From Thainema sp. (GTDB taxonomy: Bacteria > Cyanobacteriota > Cyanobacteriia > Phormidesmidales > Phormidesmidaceae): a stretch of DNA of 64,000 bases. The notes beneath the pieces are model-generated. The model was given only the letters and a program-made list of their open reading frames with translations. It was not told the DNA's origin and made no database searches. Below, piece after piece: positions 21,790 to 32,350 of this stretch. Made by a program: the position numbers and the translations under genes. Location of the stretch: NCBI GenBank assembly GCA_052168235.1, contig JBQLZK010000039.1:1-64000 (forward strand), written 5' to 3'. How positions within the stretch are numbered: position 1 is the stretch's first letter; the number at the start of each line of letters is the position of its first letter.

Positions 21790-22104
21790 ATATTTATAGG
21801 CGTCCTGTAGTCGCCGAGTCGATTAACAGCTAAGTCGCTATTTTGATTTTGAAAAAGTTTTTGGGTATGCCCCGAAGACAGGATGTTCCCTCTACTGTAA
21901 TCAATGTAAAAAAATCGATGGCGAAGAAACCAGCCAATAGTCGGAAGTTTCTGTGAAATTTGTAAATTTATGGCGTTTTAACCCCAAAAGTGGCCGAGAG
22001 AACATTCTGTGCCGTTAGAAATACCTGATCTGCCGAATCTGCGATCGCAGATCAAGTATTCGTCGCTAAGCTGAGATTTAGTGATCTGTGCAAACTGAAA
22101 CTGT

Positions 22105-22638
22105 ATGCCGCCTGACGATTCCGCCGCCGAATTTCCGATTCAAGCGACTCCTGGCCGTGACTTACAAAAACGCGATCGCAATGAGTCAGGATTAGCTCCA
22201 CTACTGCTGACGGTTGTGGAACTTGTACGGCAGTTAATGGAAGCTCAAGTGATTCGCCGCATGGAGGCCGAGCAGCTCAGTGAAGCCGATATCGAACGCG
22301 CGGCTGAGAGTTTACGCAAGTTGGAAGAGCAGGTGGTTCAGCTCTGTGAGATTTTTGACATTGATCCAGCCGATCTCAATATCGATCTGGGCGAATTTGG
22401 GACGCTGCTGCCGCGACAGGGCGCGTACTATCCTGGTGAAAAGTCAGACAGCCCCACCATTCTAGAACTGCTGGATCGGCTATTGCATACAGGTGTTGTT
22501 GTGCAGGGAGATTTAGATCTGGGCTTGGCTAACATCAATTTGGTGCACGCTAAGCTGCGCCTGATTCTTACATCTCAGCCCATCGAACCGCCTACGACAT
22601 CCTTTCCGCGTCCACCCTTACTTGAAAGCAACGATTAA
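22105..22638 (+). CDS. gvpK: Gas vesicle protein K
   Basis: GLAPLLLTVVELVRQLMEAQVIRRME...DLNIDLG plus C-terminal GvpA/J-like segment LLDRLLHTGVVV. Confidence 0.88.
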   Translation: MPPDDSAAEFPIQATPGRDLQKRDRNESGLAPLLLTVVELVRQLMEAQVIRRMEAEQLSEADIERAAESLRKLEEQVVQLCEIFDIDPADLNIDLGEFGTLLPRQGAYYPGEKSDSPTILELLDRLLHTGVVVQGDLDLGLANINLVHAKLRLILTSQPIEPPTTSFPRPPLLESND

Positions 22639-22685
22639 AAATGATCTTGCGGTCGGTATGGCACATACCGACCGCAAGATCATTT
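22639..22685. repeat. Perfect 22-bp inverted repeat between convergent gvpK and topA
   Basis: AAATGATCTTGCGGTCGGTATG-GCA-CATACCGACCGCAAGATCATTT. Confidence 0.9.
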
Positions 22686-22705
22686 CAAGTTGTCAGTTCG
22701 TCCAC

Positions 22706-25453
22706 CTAAGCGTCTTTTTGGGCGCTTGTTGACTTACTGGTAGACGACTTCTTCGTAGTGCCCTTGGTTGAGTTGTTAGTCGAACTCTTCTTGGCCGTTG
22801 AGCTTTTCTTGGTCGTCGAGCTTTTCTTAGTGGATGTACCCTTTTTCGCCGTTGACTTCGAGCCACTCGACTTGCGGCTAGAGGTGGACTTGGAGCGGCC
22901 TGATTTTTTGGTTGCCGCCTTCGCAGCTAGCCATTCCAGCGCCTCCTCCATCGTCACCTGCTCCACTTCCTTCCCTTCCGGAATGGAGGCATTGACCTTG
23001 CCGTGTTTGACATAGGCACCATAGGGACCATTGTAAATATTGACGGGTTCCTTATCTTCAGGATGCTCTCCCAACTCTCGTAAGGGGGTAGCTGACTTGC
23101 CGCGTCCCCGCCCTCGCTTGGGCTGAGCCAGCAGTTCCAACGCCCGATCCAAACCAACCGTCAGGACATCGTCTTCCTTCTTCAGTGAGCGGTAGTCTTT
23201 GCCTTCTTTACCCTGGTCGTGTACTACATAGGGGCCAAAGCGACCCAGCCCAGCCTGGATTTTAGCGCCCGTTTCCGGGTGGAAACCGAGTAGACGGGGC
23301 AAAGACAGAAGACCAACGGCCATTTCCAGGGTGACATCGTCTATGCTGGTGCCCTTGGGCAACGAGGCACGCTTGGGCTTGGGCTGTTCGTCAGTCACGT
23401 CTCCAAGCTGCACATAGGGGCCGTAAGCACCAATTAGTACATAAATGGGTTCGCCCGTTTCGGGATGGAAGCCGAGTTTGTCTGGGCCTTCAGTCTTTTG
23501 TCGCAGAATCGTCTCGACCTGTTCCGGATCGAGATCGGCTGGCGTGACATCTTTAGGTACCGAAGCTTTGACCGTTTCGCCCTCATTGTCAGCTTCAACG
23601 TAAGGACCATAGCGACCAATCCGAACTTTGGCTTCTAAGTCGGCTAGCTCCACCGTGCGGGCTTCATTCGGATCAATTTGATCTTCTCGGAGCTTGACCA
23701 GGTTCTCTAGTCCTTCATCCCCCAAATAAAACTGGTTGAGGTAGGGTAGCCAATCGGCTTCGCCCGTGGAAATTTCATCTAGTGTCTGTTCCATCCGAGC
23801 CGTAAAGCTAGGATCGACCAAATCAGGAAAATTCTTTTCCAACAAAGAGGTTACGGCAAACGCTGTGAACGTTGGTGCCAAACTGTTGTTGGCTAACTGG
23901 GCATAGCCGCGATCGATGATCGTGCCGATAATGCTGGCGTAGGTACTGGGACGACCAATGCCTTCACTCTCCAGCATTTTGACCAGAGACGCTTCCGTAT
24001 AGCGGGCAGGTGGCTGAGTTTCGTGCCCAACAGGTTCAAGTTCAGTACAGGAGGGATGGTCGCCTACTTTCAGAACTGGCAAAACCACTTCCTGATTTTC
24101 AATTGCCGCATCGGGATCATCCGAACCTTCCACATAGGCGCGGAAGAAGCCAGGAAAGTCGATCCGCTTGCCGGACGCGCGGAAGCCTGCATTGTCCACT
24201 TCCAGATGAACCGTGATGTGGGTTTGACGCGCTTCGGCCATTTGGGTGGCGACTGTCCGCTTCCAGATTAGGTCATAGAGCGACAGCTCACGACCGGATA
24301 AGCCTGTTTCTTGCGGACTACGGAAGGTGCTACCCGCCGGACGAATCGCTTCGTGCGCTTCCTGAGCACCCTTGCTCTTGGTAGCGTACTGACGAGATTT
24401 GGGGCTGAGGTATTCCTTACCGTATTTGCGCTCGACACATTCGCGAGCGGCTGCGATCGCTTGTTGCGATAAATGCACCGAGTCGGTACGCATGTAGGTG
24501 ATATAGCCTTGCTCGTACAGGTTTTGCGCTGTCCGCATCGTTTCTCGGGCGGAGAGGCGCAGCTTACGGTTCGCTTCCTGTTGCAGGGTTGAGGTGGTAA
24601 ACGGTGGCGAGGGTTTACGGGTCGAGGAGCGTTCTTCTAGATTGGCGACGCTCCACACGCCGCTCTCTAGCCGTGCCTGTAGGGCACGAGCCTGTTCCTC
24701 GTTGAGCAGAACAACGTTGCGACCTTCGGGAATTTTACCTGTGGCTTCGTCGAAGTCGCTGCCGTTGGCCAGTCTGATCCCATCCAGGGTCGTCAGCTTC
24801 GCTTCAAACGGAGCTTCATCTTTGAGCAGAGAGGCTTTCAAGTCCCAGTAGGAACCTTTGCGGAAGGCGCGGCGCTCCCGTTCCCGGTTAACCAGTAGGC
24901 GAACCGCTACCGACTGAACCCGACCAGCCGACAGTCCCCAAGCAATTTTCTTCCACAGCAGCGGCGATAGCGTGTAGCCCACCAGTCGATCGAGAATGCG
25001 GCGGGTTTCCTGCGCTCTGACCAACTGCTCGTCCACATGCCGGCAATTTGCGATCGCATCTTGGATCGCTTCCTGGGTGATTTCGTGGAACACCATGCGC
25101 TTGATCGGCACCTTGGGCTTCAGCAACTGGAGCAAGTGCCAGCTAATGCTTTCGCCTTCTCGGTCTTCGTCAGTCGCCAGCAGTAGTTCATCCGCCTCTT
25201 TCAGCGCTTCTTTCAGCGCCTTGACCACTTTCTTTTTATCTTTGGGTACGACGTAAATCGGCTCAAAATCAGCCTGGGGATTAACCCCAAGCTGTGCCCA
25301 CTCTTCCTTTTTCACAGCCGCTGGAATTTCGCTGGCTGACTGAGGCAAATCTCGGACATGCCCCATTGATGCCTCGACACGGTAGTTCGAGGGCAAATAG
25401 TTGCGGATGGTACGAGCTTTAGTTGGCGATTCGACAATGACGAGCTTTGACAT
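22706..25453 (-). CDS. topA: DNA topoisomerase I (type IA) with Topo_C repeats and Lys/Ser-rich tail
   Basis: [33 protein letters not shown] (catalytic Y), [15 protein letters not shown] repeats. Confidence 0.97.
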   Translation of the reverse strand: MSKLVIVESPTKARTIRNYLPSNYRVEASMGHVRDLPQSASEIPAAVKKEEWAQLGVNPQADFEPIYVVPKDKKKVVKALKEALKEADELLLATDEDREGESISWHLLQLLKPKVPIKRMVFHEITQEAIQDAIANCRHVDEQLVRAQETRRILDRLVGYTLSPLLWKKIAWGLSAGRVQSVAVRLLVNRERERRAFRKGSYWDLKASLLKDEAPFEAKLTTLDGIRLANGSDFDEATGKIPEGRNVVLLNEEQARALQARLESGVWSVANLEERSSTRKPSPPFTTSTLQQEANRKLRLSARETMRTAQNLYEQGYITYMRTDSVHLSQQAIAAARECVERKYGKEYLSPKSRQYATKSKGAQEAHEAIRPAGSTFRSPQETGLSGRELSLYDLIWKRTVATQMAEARQTHITVHLEVDNAGFRASGKRIDFPGFFRAYVEGSDDPDAAIENQEVVLPVLKVGDHPSCTELEPVGHETQPPARYTEASLVKMLESEGIGRPSTYASIIGTIIDRGYAQLANNSLAPTFTAFAVTSLLEKNFPDLVDPSFTARMEQTLDEISTGEADWLPYLNQFYLGDEGLENLVKLREDQIDPNEARTVELADLEAKVRIGRYGPYVEADNEGETVKASVPKDVTPADLDPEQVETILRQKTEGPDKLGFHPETGEPIYVLIGAYGPYVQLGDVTDEQPKPKRASLPKGTSIDDVTLEMAVGLLSLPRLLGFHPETGAKIQAGLGRFGPYVVHDQGKEGKDYRSLKKEDDVLTVGLDRALELLAQPKRGRGRGKSATPLRELGEHPEDKEPVNIYNGPYGAYVKHGKVNASIPEGKEVEQVTMEEALEWLAAKAATKKSGRSKSTSSRKSSGSKSTAKKGTSTKKSSTTKKSSTAKKSSTNNSTKGTTKKSSTSKSTSAQKDA

Positions 25454-26183
25454 GGAATGGTGACGTTTTAAGGCAACGGCATTCAGCGGGATTGAGGATT
25501 CAAGAATCTAGCAGCAGATTCAGCGAGATGACAAACTGTGACTCTATTCGACTGAGAATTGAATCAAGCTATGTCTGATCCAGCATGAGCTGTTCGTTAC
25601 TCGGTTGAATGACCCCTGGGTGTCATTCATCTGCAAGCTGCGAGCAAACCAACCAGCATCTATCGCTGTTGAGCATGCGGCAGAACGCAGTGTATCTCAG
25701 AGAATCCTCAGAATTAATAACTCAGAATTAATAACATTGATAGCAGATCGGTAGCAGACCTGACTCAATGCCAGGGTAGAGCAATCTGAACAGGAGTAAA
25801 CCAATTAACCATCTCTATTAGCTGTAATACAGCGTTTAATGGCCGATTGACAACTTTAAGAGTTCAGCAGAGTTCAGCCTTGCTTAACGCAGTGGTAATT
25901 AATCCTTTTATAGCGGATTCCTTCCAGATGCAAGGTCAGGAAATCCGGCACTGCACCTTAAAGTTCCCTAAAGAATTGGGAAAAAGTCAGTGCTGTGCAA
26001 CGATTCTCATCGTTTGGCCGCGATAAATAAAAATGATGAAGCCAGTCAGAATCCCTAGTGGGATGACATTCCTCTATAGTCTGGGCAAGGATTACAAATC
26101 GCGTTAATATTGCCCAGTAGGATGCCAATGTGAAAGATTATTACAGGCAGCCGATTTGGCAGCGTTAGCTCGTTGGAACGAAT

Positions 26184-27779
26184 ATGGAATTTGTAAATAT
26201 TTCCTCGGCAACTCTCAATGCGGGCAGGATTCTGCCTGAGGGAATTGTAATTATTACACTCTTGATTGTGGTCGTAGGCGACTTGATTGTGGGGCGATCC
26301 TCGTCTCGCTGGACGCCTTATGTTGCGATCACAGGTCTCTTGGGTGCCGTGGGTGCCCTTTATTTTCAGTGGGACGTTAGCAATCCCCTTTCGTTTTTGG
26401 GCGAATTTAACGGCGATGCGTTAAGCGTCGCCTTTCGCGGCATCATCGCGCTTTCCGCAGCGGTGACGATTCTGATGTCGATTCGCTATGTCGAGCAGTC
26501 GGGGACTTCGCTAGCCGAGTTTCTCTCGATTTTGCTAACCGCAACGCTCGGGGGCATGTTTCTGTCCGGCTCAGATGAGCTAGTGATGGTGTTCGTCTCT
26601 CTCGAAACGCTCAGTATTTCCTCCTACTTACTCACGGGATATGCCAAGCGTGATCCCCGTTCCAATGAAGCCGCGCTCAAGTACTTGCTGATCGGTGCGG
26701 CCAGTTCGGCCATCTTTCTCTACGGTGCTTCCCTCCTCTATGGCCTATCCGGTGGGGAAACTCGCCTGACTGAGATTGCAGCCAGCATTTTGGCAGAACC
26801 GGGAGATGTCCCCATCGCCCTGGTGATTGCCCTGGTTTTTGTCATTGCCGGGATCGCCTTCAAAATCGCAGCCGTTCCCTTCCATCAGTGGACTCCTGAC
26901 GTATACGAAGGTTCTCCTACACCCGTAGTCGCGTTTCTATCTGTGGGTTCAAAAGCTGCTGGTTTTGCGCTAGCGATTCGTCTTCTGGTAACGGTTTTCC
27001 CGCTCGTATCGGATCAGTGGCACTTTGTCTTCACGGCACTGGCCATTCTCAGTATGGTGCTGGGCAACGTCGTGGCACTAGCGCAAAACAGCATGAAGCG
27101 GATGCTGGCCTACTCCTCGATTGGGCAGGCGGGCTTTGTGATGATTGGCCTGATCATCGGCACGGAAGCGGGCTACGCCAGTATGGTGTTCTACCTGCTA
27201 ATCTACCTGTTTTCCAACCTGGGCGGATTTGCCTGCGTGATTCTGTTCTCGTTACGCACCAATACCGACCAAATTGATGCCTACAGCGGCCTCTACCAGA
27301 AAGATCCGCTACTCACCCTGTGCTTAAGCATTTGCTTGCTGTCACTGGGCGGTATTCCACCGCTAGCAGGCTTCTTCGGTAAGCTCTACATTTTCTGGGC
27401 TGGCTGGCAAGCAGGCGCTTATGGCCTGGTTCTAATCGGCTTGATTACCAGCGTTATCTCGATTTACTACTACATCCGCGTCGTCAAGATGATGGTGGTG
27501 AAAGAGCCGCAGGAAATGTCAGAAGTGGTGAAGAATTATCCCGAAGCCCAATGGTCACTACCCGGAATGCGTCCGCTGCAAGTGAGTCTGGTACTGACGC
27601 TGATTGCGACTTCAATAGCCGGAATTCTGTCGAATCCGCTGTTTACCTTCGCCAATGACTCTGTGGTCAAATCGTCTCTGTTTCAAGCAACCTTGACACC
27701 TCCATCCGTTGAGGAGCCTGTAGCGGCTGATGCTGACACGATGAAGGCTATAACCACCGATATTTCGATGGAGCTTTAG
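26184..27779 (+). CDS. ndhB: NAD(P)H-quinone oxidoreductase subunit 2 (NDH-1)
   Basis: [60 protein letters not shown]. Confidence 0.96.
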   Translation: MEFVNISSATLNAGRILPEGIVIITLLIVVVGDLIVGRSSSRWTPYVAITGLLGAVGALYFQWDVSNPLSFLGEFNGDALSVAFRGIIALSAAVTILMSIRYVEQSGTSLAEFLSILLTATLGGMFLSGSDELVMVFVSLETLSISSYLLTGYAKRDPRSNEAALKYLLIGAASSAIFLYGASLLYGLSGGETRLTEIAASILAEPGDVPIALVIALVFVIAGIAFKIAAVPFHQWTPDVYEGSPTPVVAFLSVGSKAAGFALAIRLLVTVFPLVSDQWHFVFTALAILSMVLGNVVALAQNSMKRMLAYSSIGQAGFVMIGLIIGTEAGYASMVFYLLIYLFSNLGGFACVILFSLRTNTDQIDAYSGLYQKDPLLTLCLSICLLSLGGIPPLAGFFGKLYIFWAGWQAGAYGLVLIGLITSVISIYYYIRVVKMMVVKEPQEMSEVVKNYPEAQWSLPGMRPLQVSLVLTLIATSIAGILSNPLFTFANDSVVKSSLFQATLTPPSVEEPVAADADTMKAITTDISMEL

Positions 27780-27984
27780 GCGGAGTGAATTGGTTGATAG
27801 TTAGTCGTGCGGATGAAGTATTTAGTTTGCTTTTGATCCTGTAGCCCAGCACGGCAATGACTCAGCCTTTTGATATCCAATAGTTTTTGTAGAACTTTTC
27901 AATAGTTAACTCAATAATCAATAGAGGACTGTCTCGCTTGAGCACAGTCCTCCTTGTTTTCAGTGCTTTGTTAAATCCGTCATC

Positions 27985-30033
27985 ATGACCCTAGATAAAT
28001 TTCAACCCTTGGCCGCGATCGCAGTTACCCCTGCCGGAATTCAGCGGCTTTCCCCAGTCTGCCGTGGTGCTGAGATCCCGCTGTTCACCTCATCTGAATT
28101 GGCTGCTAGTGAAGCATTTCCGGTGCAGGCGTATGAGGCGGATTCGTTGCGATCGCACTTGGCCAACATTTGGTCAGACTATCGGGGGTTTGTCTTTTGT
28201 CTCTCGACGGGTGCAGTTGTGCGGCTGATTGCGCCGCTGTTGGAGCATAAGTCAACCGATCCCGCTGTGGTGGTTGTGGACGAAGCGGGCCAGTTTGTGA
28301 TTAGCCTCTGTGGCGGGCATCAGGGCGGCGCAGACCAGCTCACCCAGGTTTTGGCCCATCAGCTCCAGGCGGCACCTGTGTTGACCGGAGCGGCCAATGC
28401 TCAAGGATTTCCAGCGGTAGATACTTTGGGTGAGCCGTTTGGCTGGCAGCGCGGCAGTGGCAACTGGACGCAGGTGAGCGCGGTTGCGGCTCGTGGTGGC
28501 CAGATTGAGGTACTACAAGAAGCGGGAACGGACTTGTGGCGGACAAATTTGAGCGATCCCCATCCATTTCAGTTCAGTGATGAAGTCAATTCTGCAGATT
28601 CGTCGTCGCCTGAAGCGTCCGATTCCGAACCGTTATCTACTAAGCCCCAGGCTCGTAAGCCGCAGGCTCGCCTTTGGATTAGTCCCGTGCAGCGGCGCTT
28701 TGCCCCTGATTCTGACCCACCGAAAGCGCAGTGGCATCCACGGGTGCTGTGGGTTGGCATTGGCTGTGAGCGGGGCACCTCGCAAGCGCTGATTGAAACT
28801 GCGATCGCAGAAGTTTGTCGGGTCAATCACCTTTCTCAATATGCGATCGCAGGTGTGGCCACAATTGACTTGAAAGCCGATGAGATTGGACTGATCGACA
28901 CCTGCAGGGCGAATCAGTGGCCGCTGCGCTGCTTCTCAGCCGAGGATCTGAAGCAAATCGAGGTGCCAACCCCTTCCGATGTGGTGGAGCAGGCTGTGGG
29001 GACGCCTAGCGTAGCAGAAGCGGCTGCGATCGCAGCCGCTCGCTATCCAGTGGGTCAATGGGTTCCAACCCCAAATGCTCCAGGAGACGATACACCCCAG
29101 AACAATGGCCATCCTGACCAAGCCCAGGGCTCAGCCGCTTGGCTGCGGGTGAAGAAACAAATTGTGCGCGATCCCGACCAGCCAGGAGCCGTTACTGTTG
29201 CTATTGCCCAAGCGGAACAGGAATACACGGGGCGCAGTGGAGCGCTGTGGCTGATTGGCACCGGACCAGGGGCACTGGAGCAAATCACGCCAGCGGCTCA
29301 GGCGGCGATTGCGGCGGCGGATGCTATCGTGGGCTACTCGATGTACATCGACTTAATTCGGCCTCTGCTGCGTCCGGGACAGCTCATTGAAGCCCGTGCC
29401 ATCACGCAGGAACGCCAGCGAGCGCAGCGTGCAATTGAGCTGGCCCAGTGGGGCTTATCCGTTGCCGTAGTCTCCTCCGGCGACTGCGGCATTTACGGCA
29501 TGGCTGGGTTGGTGATGGAAGAACTCCAGCAGATGGGCTGGGACGGCAAAACGCCAGCGTTACAGGTCTTTCCGGGGATCAGCGCCTTGCAATCGGCTGC
29601 ATCCCGCGTTGGCGCACCGCTGATGCATGATTTCTGTGCCATCAGCCTGAGCGATTTGCTGACGCCGTGGCCCGTGATTGAGCAGCGGCTTCAGGCGGCG
29701 GCGGCGGCAGACTTTGTGGTGGCGCTCTATAATCCGCGATCGCAAAAGCGCACCAGCCAAATCGAAACCGCCCAGCACATTTTCTTACAGCATCGTCCAG
29801 CCACGACTCCGGTTGCCCTTGTTCGATCTGCCTATCGAGAGGATGAGGCGATTACGCTCACAACGCTGGCTGATTTCGCCCAGTGCCCAATTGACATGGT
29901 GACAACGGTGCTAATTGGCAACTCCAGCACCCGCCATCATGCCGACTGGCTGATTACACCCAGGGGCTACTTAGGCTTTCAATCCCCCAATTCCGAGCCA
30001 GCGGAATCAGTCCCAAAAAAAATTCCAAAATAG
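27985..30033 (+). CDS. cobJ: CbiG + precorrin-3B C17-methyltransferase fusion (cobalamin synthesis)
   Basis: CbiG motifs DPAVVVVDE...GGHQGGA, GIGCERG, TPSVAEAAA; CobJ motifs VSSGDCGIYGMA, GAPLMHDFCAISLSDLLTPW, TPRGY. Confidence 0.92.
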   Translation: MTLDKFQPLAAIAVTPAGIQRLSPVCRGAEIPLFTSSELAASEAFPVQAYEADSLRSHLANIWSDYRGFVFCLSTGAVVRLIAPLLEHKSTDPAVVVVDEAGQFVISLCGGHQGGADQLTQVLAHQLQAAPVLTGAANAQGFPAVDTLGEPFGWQRGSGNWTQVSAVAARGGQIEVLQEAGTDLWRTNLSDPHPFQFSDEVNSADSSSPEASDSEPLSTKPQARKPQARLWISPVQRRFAPDSDPPKAQWHPRVLWVGIGCERGTSQALIETAIAEVCRVNHLSQYAIAGVATIDLKADEIGLIDTCRANQWPLRCFSAEDLKQIEVPTPSDVVEQAVGTPSVAEAAAIAAARYPVGQWVPTPNAPGDDTPQNNGHPDQAQGSAAWLRVKKQIVRDPDQPGAVTVAIAQAEQEYTGRSGALWLIGTGPGALEQITPAAQAAIAAADAIVGYSMYIDLIRPLLRPGQLIEARAITQERQRAQRAIELAQWGLSVAVVSSGDCGIYGMAGLVMEELQQMGWDGKTPALQVFPGISALQSAASRVGAPLMHDFCAISLSDLLTPWPVIEQRLQAAAAADFVVALYNPRSQKRTSQIETAQHIFLQHRPATTPVALVRSAYREDEAITLTTLADFAQCPIDMVTTVLIGNSSTRHHADWLITPRGYLGFQSPNSEPAESVPKKIPK

Positions 30034-30035
30034 GG

Positions 30036-30064
30036 TTGACAGTGTTTTGAAGTTTTGTCATATT
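30036..30064 (+). promoter_or_regulatory. Sigma70-type promoter of tRNA-Gly(GCC)
   Basis: TTGACA (30036-30041), 17-nt spacer, CATATT. Confidence 0.7.
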
Positions 30065-30118
30065 AATAAAGCGCTCGGGACACGATGCGATGCACACGAG
30101 ACACGATGCGCTCCTGAT

Positions 30119-30190
30119 GCGGGTATAGCTCAGCGGTAGAGCGTCACCTTGCCAAGGTGAATGTCGCGCGTTCGAATCGCGTTACCCGCT
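30119..30190 (+). tRNA. tRNA-Gly (anticodon GCC)
   Basis: 72-nt cloverleaf GCGGGTA...TACCCGCT, anticodon arm CACC-TTGCCAA-GGTG, GTTCGAATC T-loop. Confidence 0.97.
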
Positions 30191-30196
30191 TAAAAC

Positions 30197-30228
30197 AAAA
30201 GGAGTCTTGCTGAGCAAGGCTCCTTTTT
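30197..30228 (+). terminator. Rho-independent terminator after tRNA-Gly
   Basis: AAAAGGAGTCTTGC-TGA-GCAAGGCTCCTTTTT. Confidence 0.8.
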
Positions 30229-30407
30229 GGATCTGAACACTTGATGAGAGGTACTCTCCCGCGATAGGTTTGACAGTTGAAATCACGAAGCGGGTTGACT
30301 TAGCGGAAGTCCGGTCGAAAGCCTACTTTATTGTTTATGCAATCCTAAGCAATAAATTGGGTTCTCATACACGGACGTGATTATAGCCATCAAGTACTGA
30401 GAAATTT

Positions 30408-31418
30408 ATGAGAACGCTGTATTTTCTGCTGCCTGGAACCGATGGCAAGTTTGCCTGTGGTGGACTATGGGCTGAACTGAAAACCTTCCGTTTGGCGCAG
30501 CAAATCTGTTCGGCTAAAGTCGTCACCTATCGGCAGCGAGAGACAGAGCATCCGTTTCTCCCGGACGTACTGAACGATGCATCGATTAGTCCAAACAATG
30601 CCATCTTTGTCGTGAGCTGGGGCTTTGATGTTGGCAAGCTGGTCAAATGGTTGAAGGGTTATCCGGTGGTGTATCACGCCCATAGCGCAGGCTATGGCTT
30701 TAACCTGCCCGCTAGCGTGCCGATTATTACCGTCAGCCGCAATACGCTTGGCTACTGGGGACAGCGATCGCCGCACTCGTTGATTTATTATTTGCCCAAC
30801 CAAATTTCCGACGAGTTTGAGGTGCAAAACTGCGATCGCACTCAGCGCGATATTGATGTCCTGGTACAGGCTCGCAAATCATCGGCATACCTGATGCAGC
30901 AATTAATTCCAGCCTTGGAAACTTGCTGCCGAGTGTTTGTCGTCAAGTCTTACGTTGAGGATCTGCCAGGACTGTTTAGTCGGGCCAAGGTCTATCTCTA
31001 TGATTCAGCCGAGTATTGGGCACAGCAGCGGGTGAGCGAAGGTTTTGGCCTCCAGCCAATGGAAGCAATGGCCTGTGGCTGTCAGGTGTTCTCTAGCGTC
31101 AATGGTGGCCTGTCGGATTATCTCGATCCGGGCTTTAACTGCTACAAAATCGCTGGCTACTCAACGGTTTATGATGTGGATCGGATTCTAAAGGTGGTAC
31201 AGGAAAACAGTGCCCCAAAGCTGCCAGCCGACTTTTTTGATGAGTATCGCACGGATAACATCCTGGCTCGACTGGAGGTAATTCTGCGGGAGGTCAACCA
31301 GTTCTTCGACCATGCGTCTAAGCATCCTGGTGATATCGCCCCTCTAACTCCCCTGCGTATCGCTCAATTGAGGGCGCGCAGACTGATAACCAAACTTCAG
31401 CAGAAAATCAGTCGGTAA
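30408..31418 (+). CDS. GT-B (family 4-like) glycosyltransferase
   Basis: EGFGLQPMEAMACGC motif. Confidence 0.85.
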   Translation: MRTLYFLLPGTDGKFACGGLWAELKTFRLAQQICSAKVVTYRQRETEHPFLPDVLNDASISPNNAIFVVSWGFDVGKLVKWLKGYPVVYHAHSAGYGFNLPASVPIITVSRNTLGYWGQRSPHSLIYYLPNQISDEFEVQNCDRTQRDIDVLVQARKSSAYLMQQLIPALETCCRVFVVKSYVEDLPGLFSRAKVYLYDSAEYWAQQRVSEGFGLQPMEAMACGCQVFSSVNGGLSDYLDPGFNCYKIAGYSTVYDVDRILKVVQENSAPKLPADFFDEYRTDNILARLEVILREVNQFFDHASKHPGDIAPLTPLRIAQLRARRLITKLQQKISR

Positions 31419-31636
31419 CAGTGATGTAACAGCAACAAGAGGTAAATAGATGGTCAAAAGTAGGTAAGTATGTGTTCCACTTGCTAAGTACTTATCGCTA
31501 TCCTTGTCTAGGCTGGACTATGAATGTTTTGAATAAGCAGCAAACCCGTTTTGCCAAACTGGCTTAGCCTAATGGCTAGCGTTATCAGTAATCTTCAACC
31601 ATTTTGAATACACATCAGCCACTTAATCAGCTACTT

Positions 31637-32344
31637 ATGCCTCAGATTACCCATATCATCTATGACTTTGACGGATTGCTGTTAGACACTGAGCCGATTC
31701 ACTGGCAAGTCAATGCCGATATTGCCAATCGCTATGGGAAAACGTTTGACCTGTCGGTTCACACCAAAATCATCGGTCGCACATCTCAAGATTCGGCGCA
31801 AATCATTATTGACATGCTGGGTCTGCCGCTCACCGTTGATAGCTATTTAGAGGAGCGGGACGGCATTATTTTTGATTTGTATCCACATGTTCAGCCGATG
31901 CCGGGAGCAATTGAGCTGACGCAGCATTTTTATAACGCGGGTATTCCACAAGCGATCGCAACTAGTTCGGCCCGCATGCGGTTTAACCGGAAAGTGCAGT
32001 GCTATGCGGATTGGCTCAAACTGTTTGACTGCATCGTCACGGGTGATGATCCGGCGATTGAGCAGGGGAAACCGGCTCCGGATATGTTCTTGATTACAGC
32101 AGAACGGATTCAGGCTAATCCAAAGCAGTGCCTCGTGTTTGAGGATTCTCTAGCAGGCGTCACGGCAGCTAAACAAGCGGGCATGTTTGTAGTGGCAGTG
32201 CCAGCTCCAGAACTAGAGGCAGATTTATTTCAGGAAGCTGACTTGGTACTGAGTTCCTTAGCTGATTTTCAGCCTGAACTTTGTAATTTGCCAGCAATAG
32301 ATTTAGCAGACGATGGTTACGAAGCTTCTTTAGTCAGTGGTTAA
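31637..32344 (+). CDS. HAD-superfamily phosphatase (subfamily IA)
   Basis: YDFDGLLLDTE, IATSS, GKPAPD, VFEDS; ATG at 31637. Confidence 0.92.
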   Translation: MPQITHIIYDFDGLLLDTEPIHWQVNADIANRYGKTFDLSVHTKIIGRTSQDSAQIIIDMLGLPLTVDSYLEERDGIIFDLYPHVQPMPGAIELTQHFYNAGIPQAIATSSARMRFNRKVQCYADWLKLFDCIVTGDDPAIEQGKPAPDMFLITAERIQANPKQCLVFEDSLAGVTAAKQAGMFVVAVPAPELEADLFQEADLVLSSLADFQPELCNLPAIDLADDGYEASLVSG

Positions 32345-32350
32345 ACCGTA

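Noticed and set aside
27780..27984. Cobalamin riboswitch upstream of cbiG-cobJ
   Set aside because: No B12-box or GGGAA...CCCGCAACTGT core; only a simple hairpin near 27923-27951
30119..30190. tRNA-Gly(GCC) as the other att end of the element
   Set aside because: Its 3' sequence differs from tRNA-Gly(CCC), and the genes between the two tRNAs are ordinary HIP1-rich host genes
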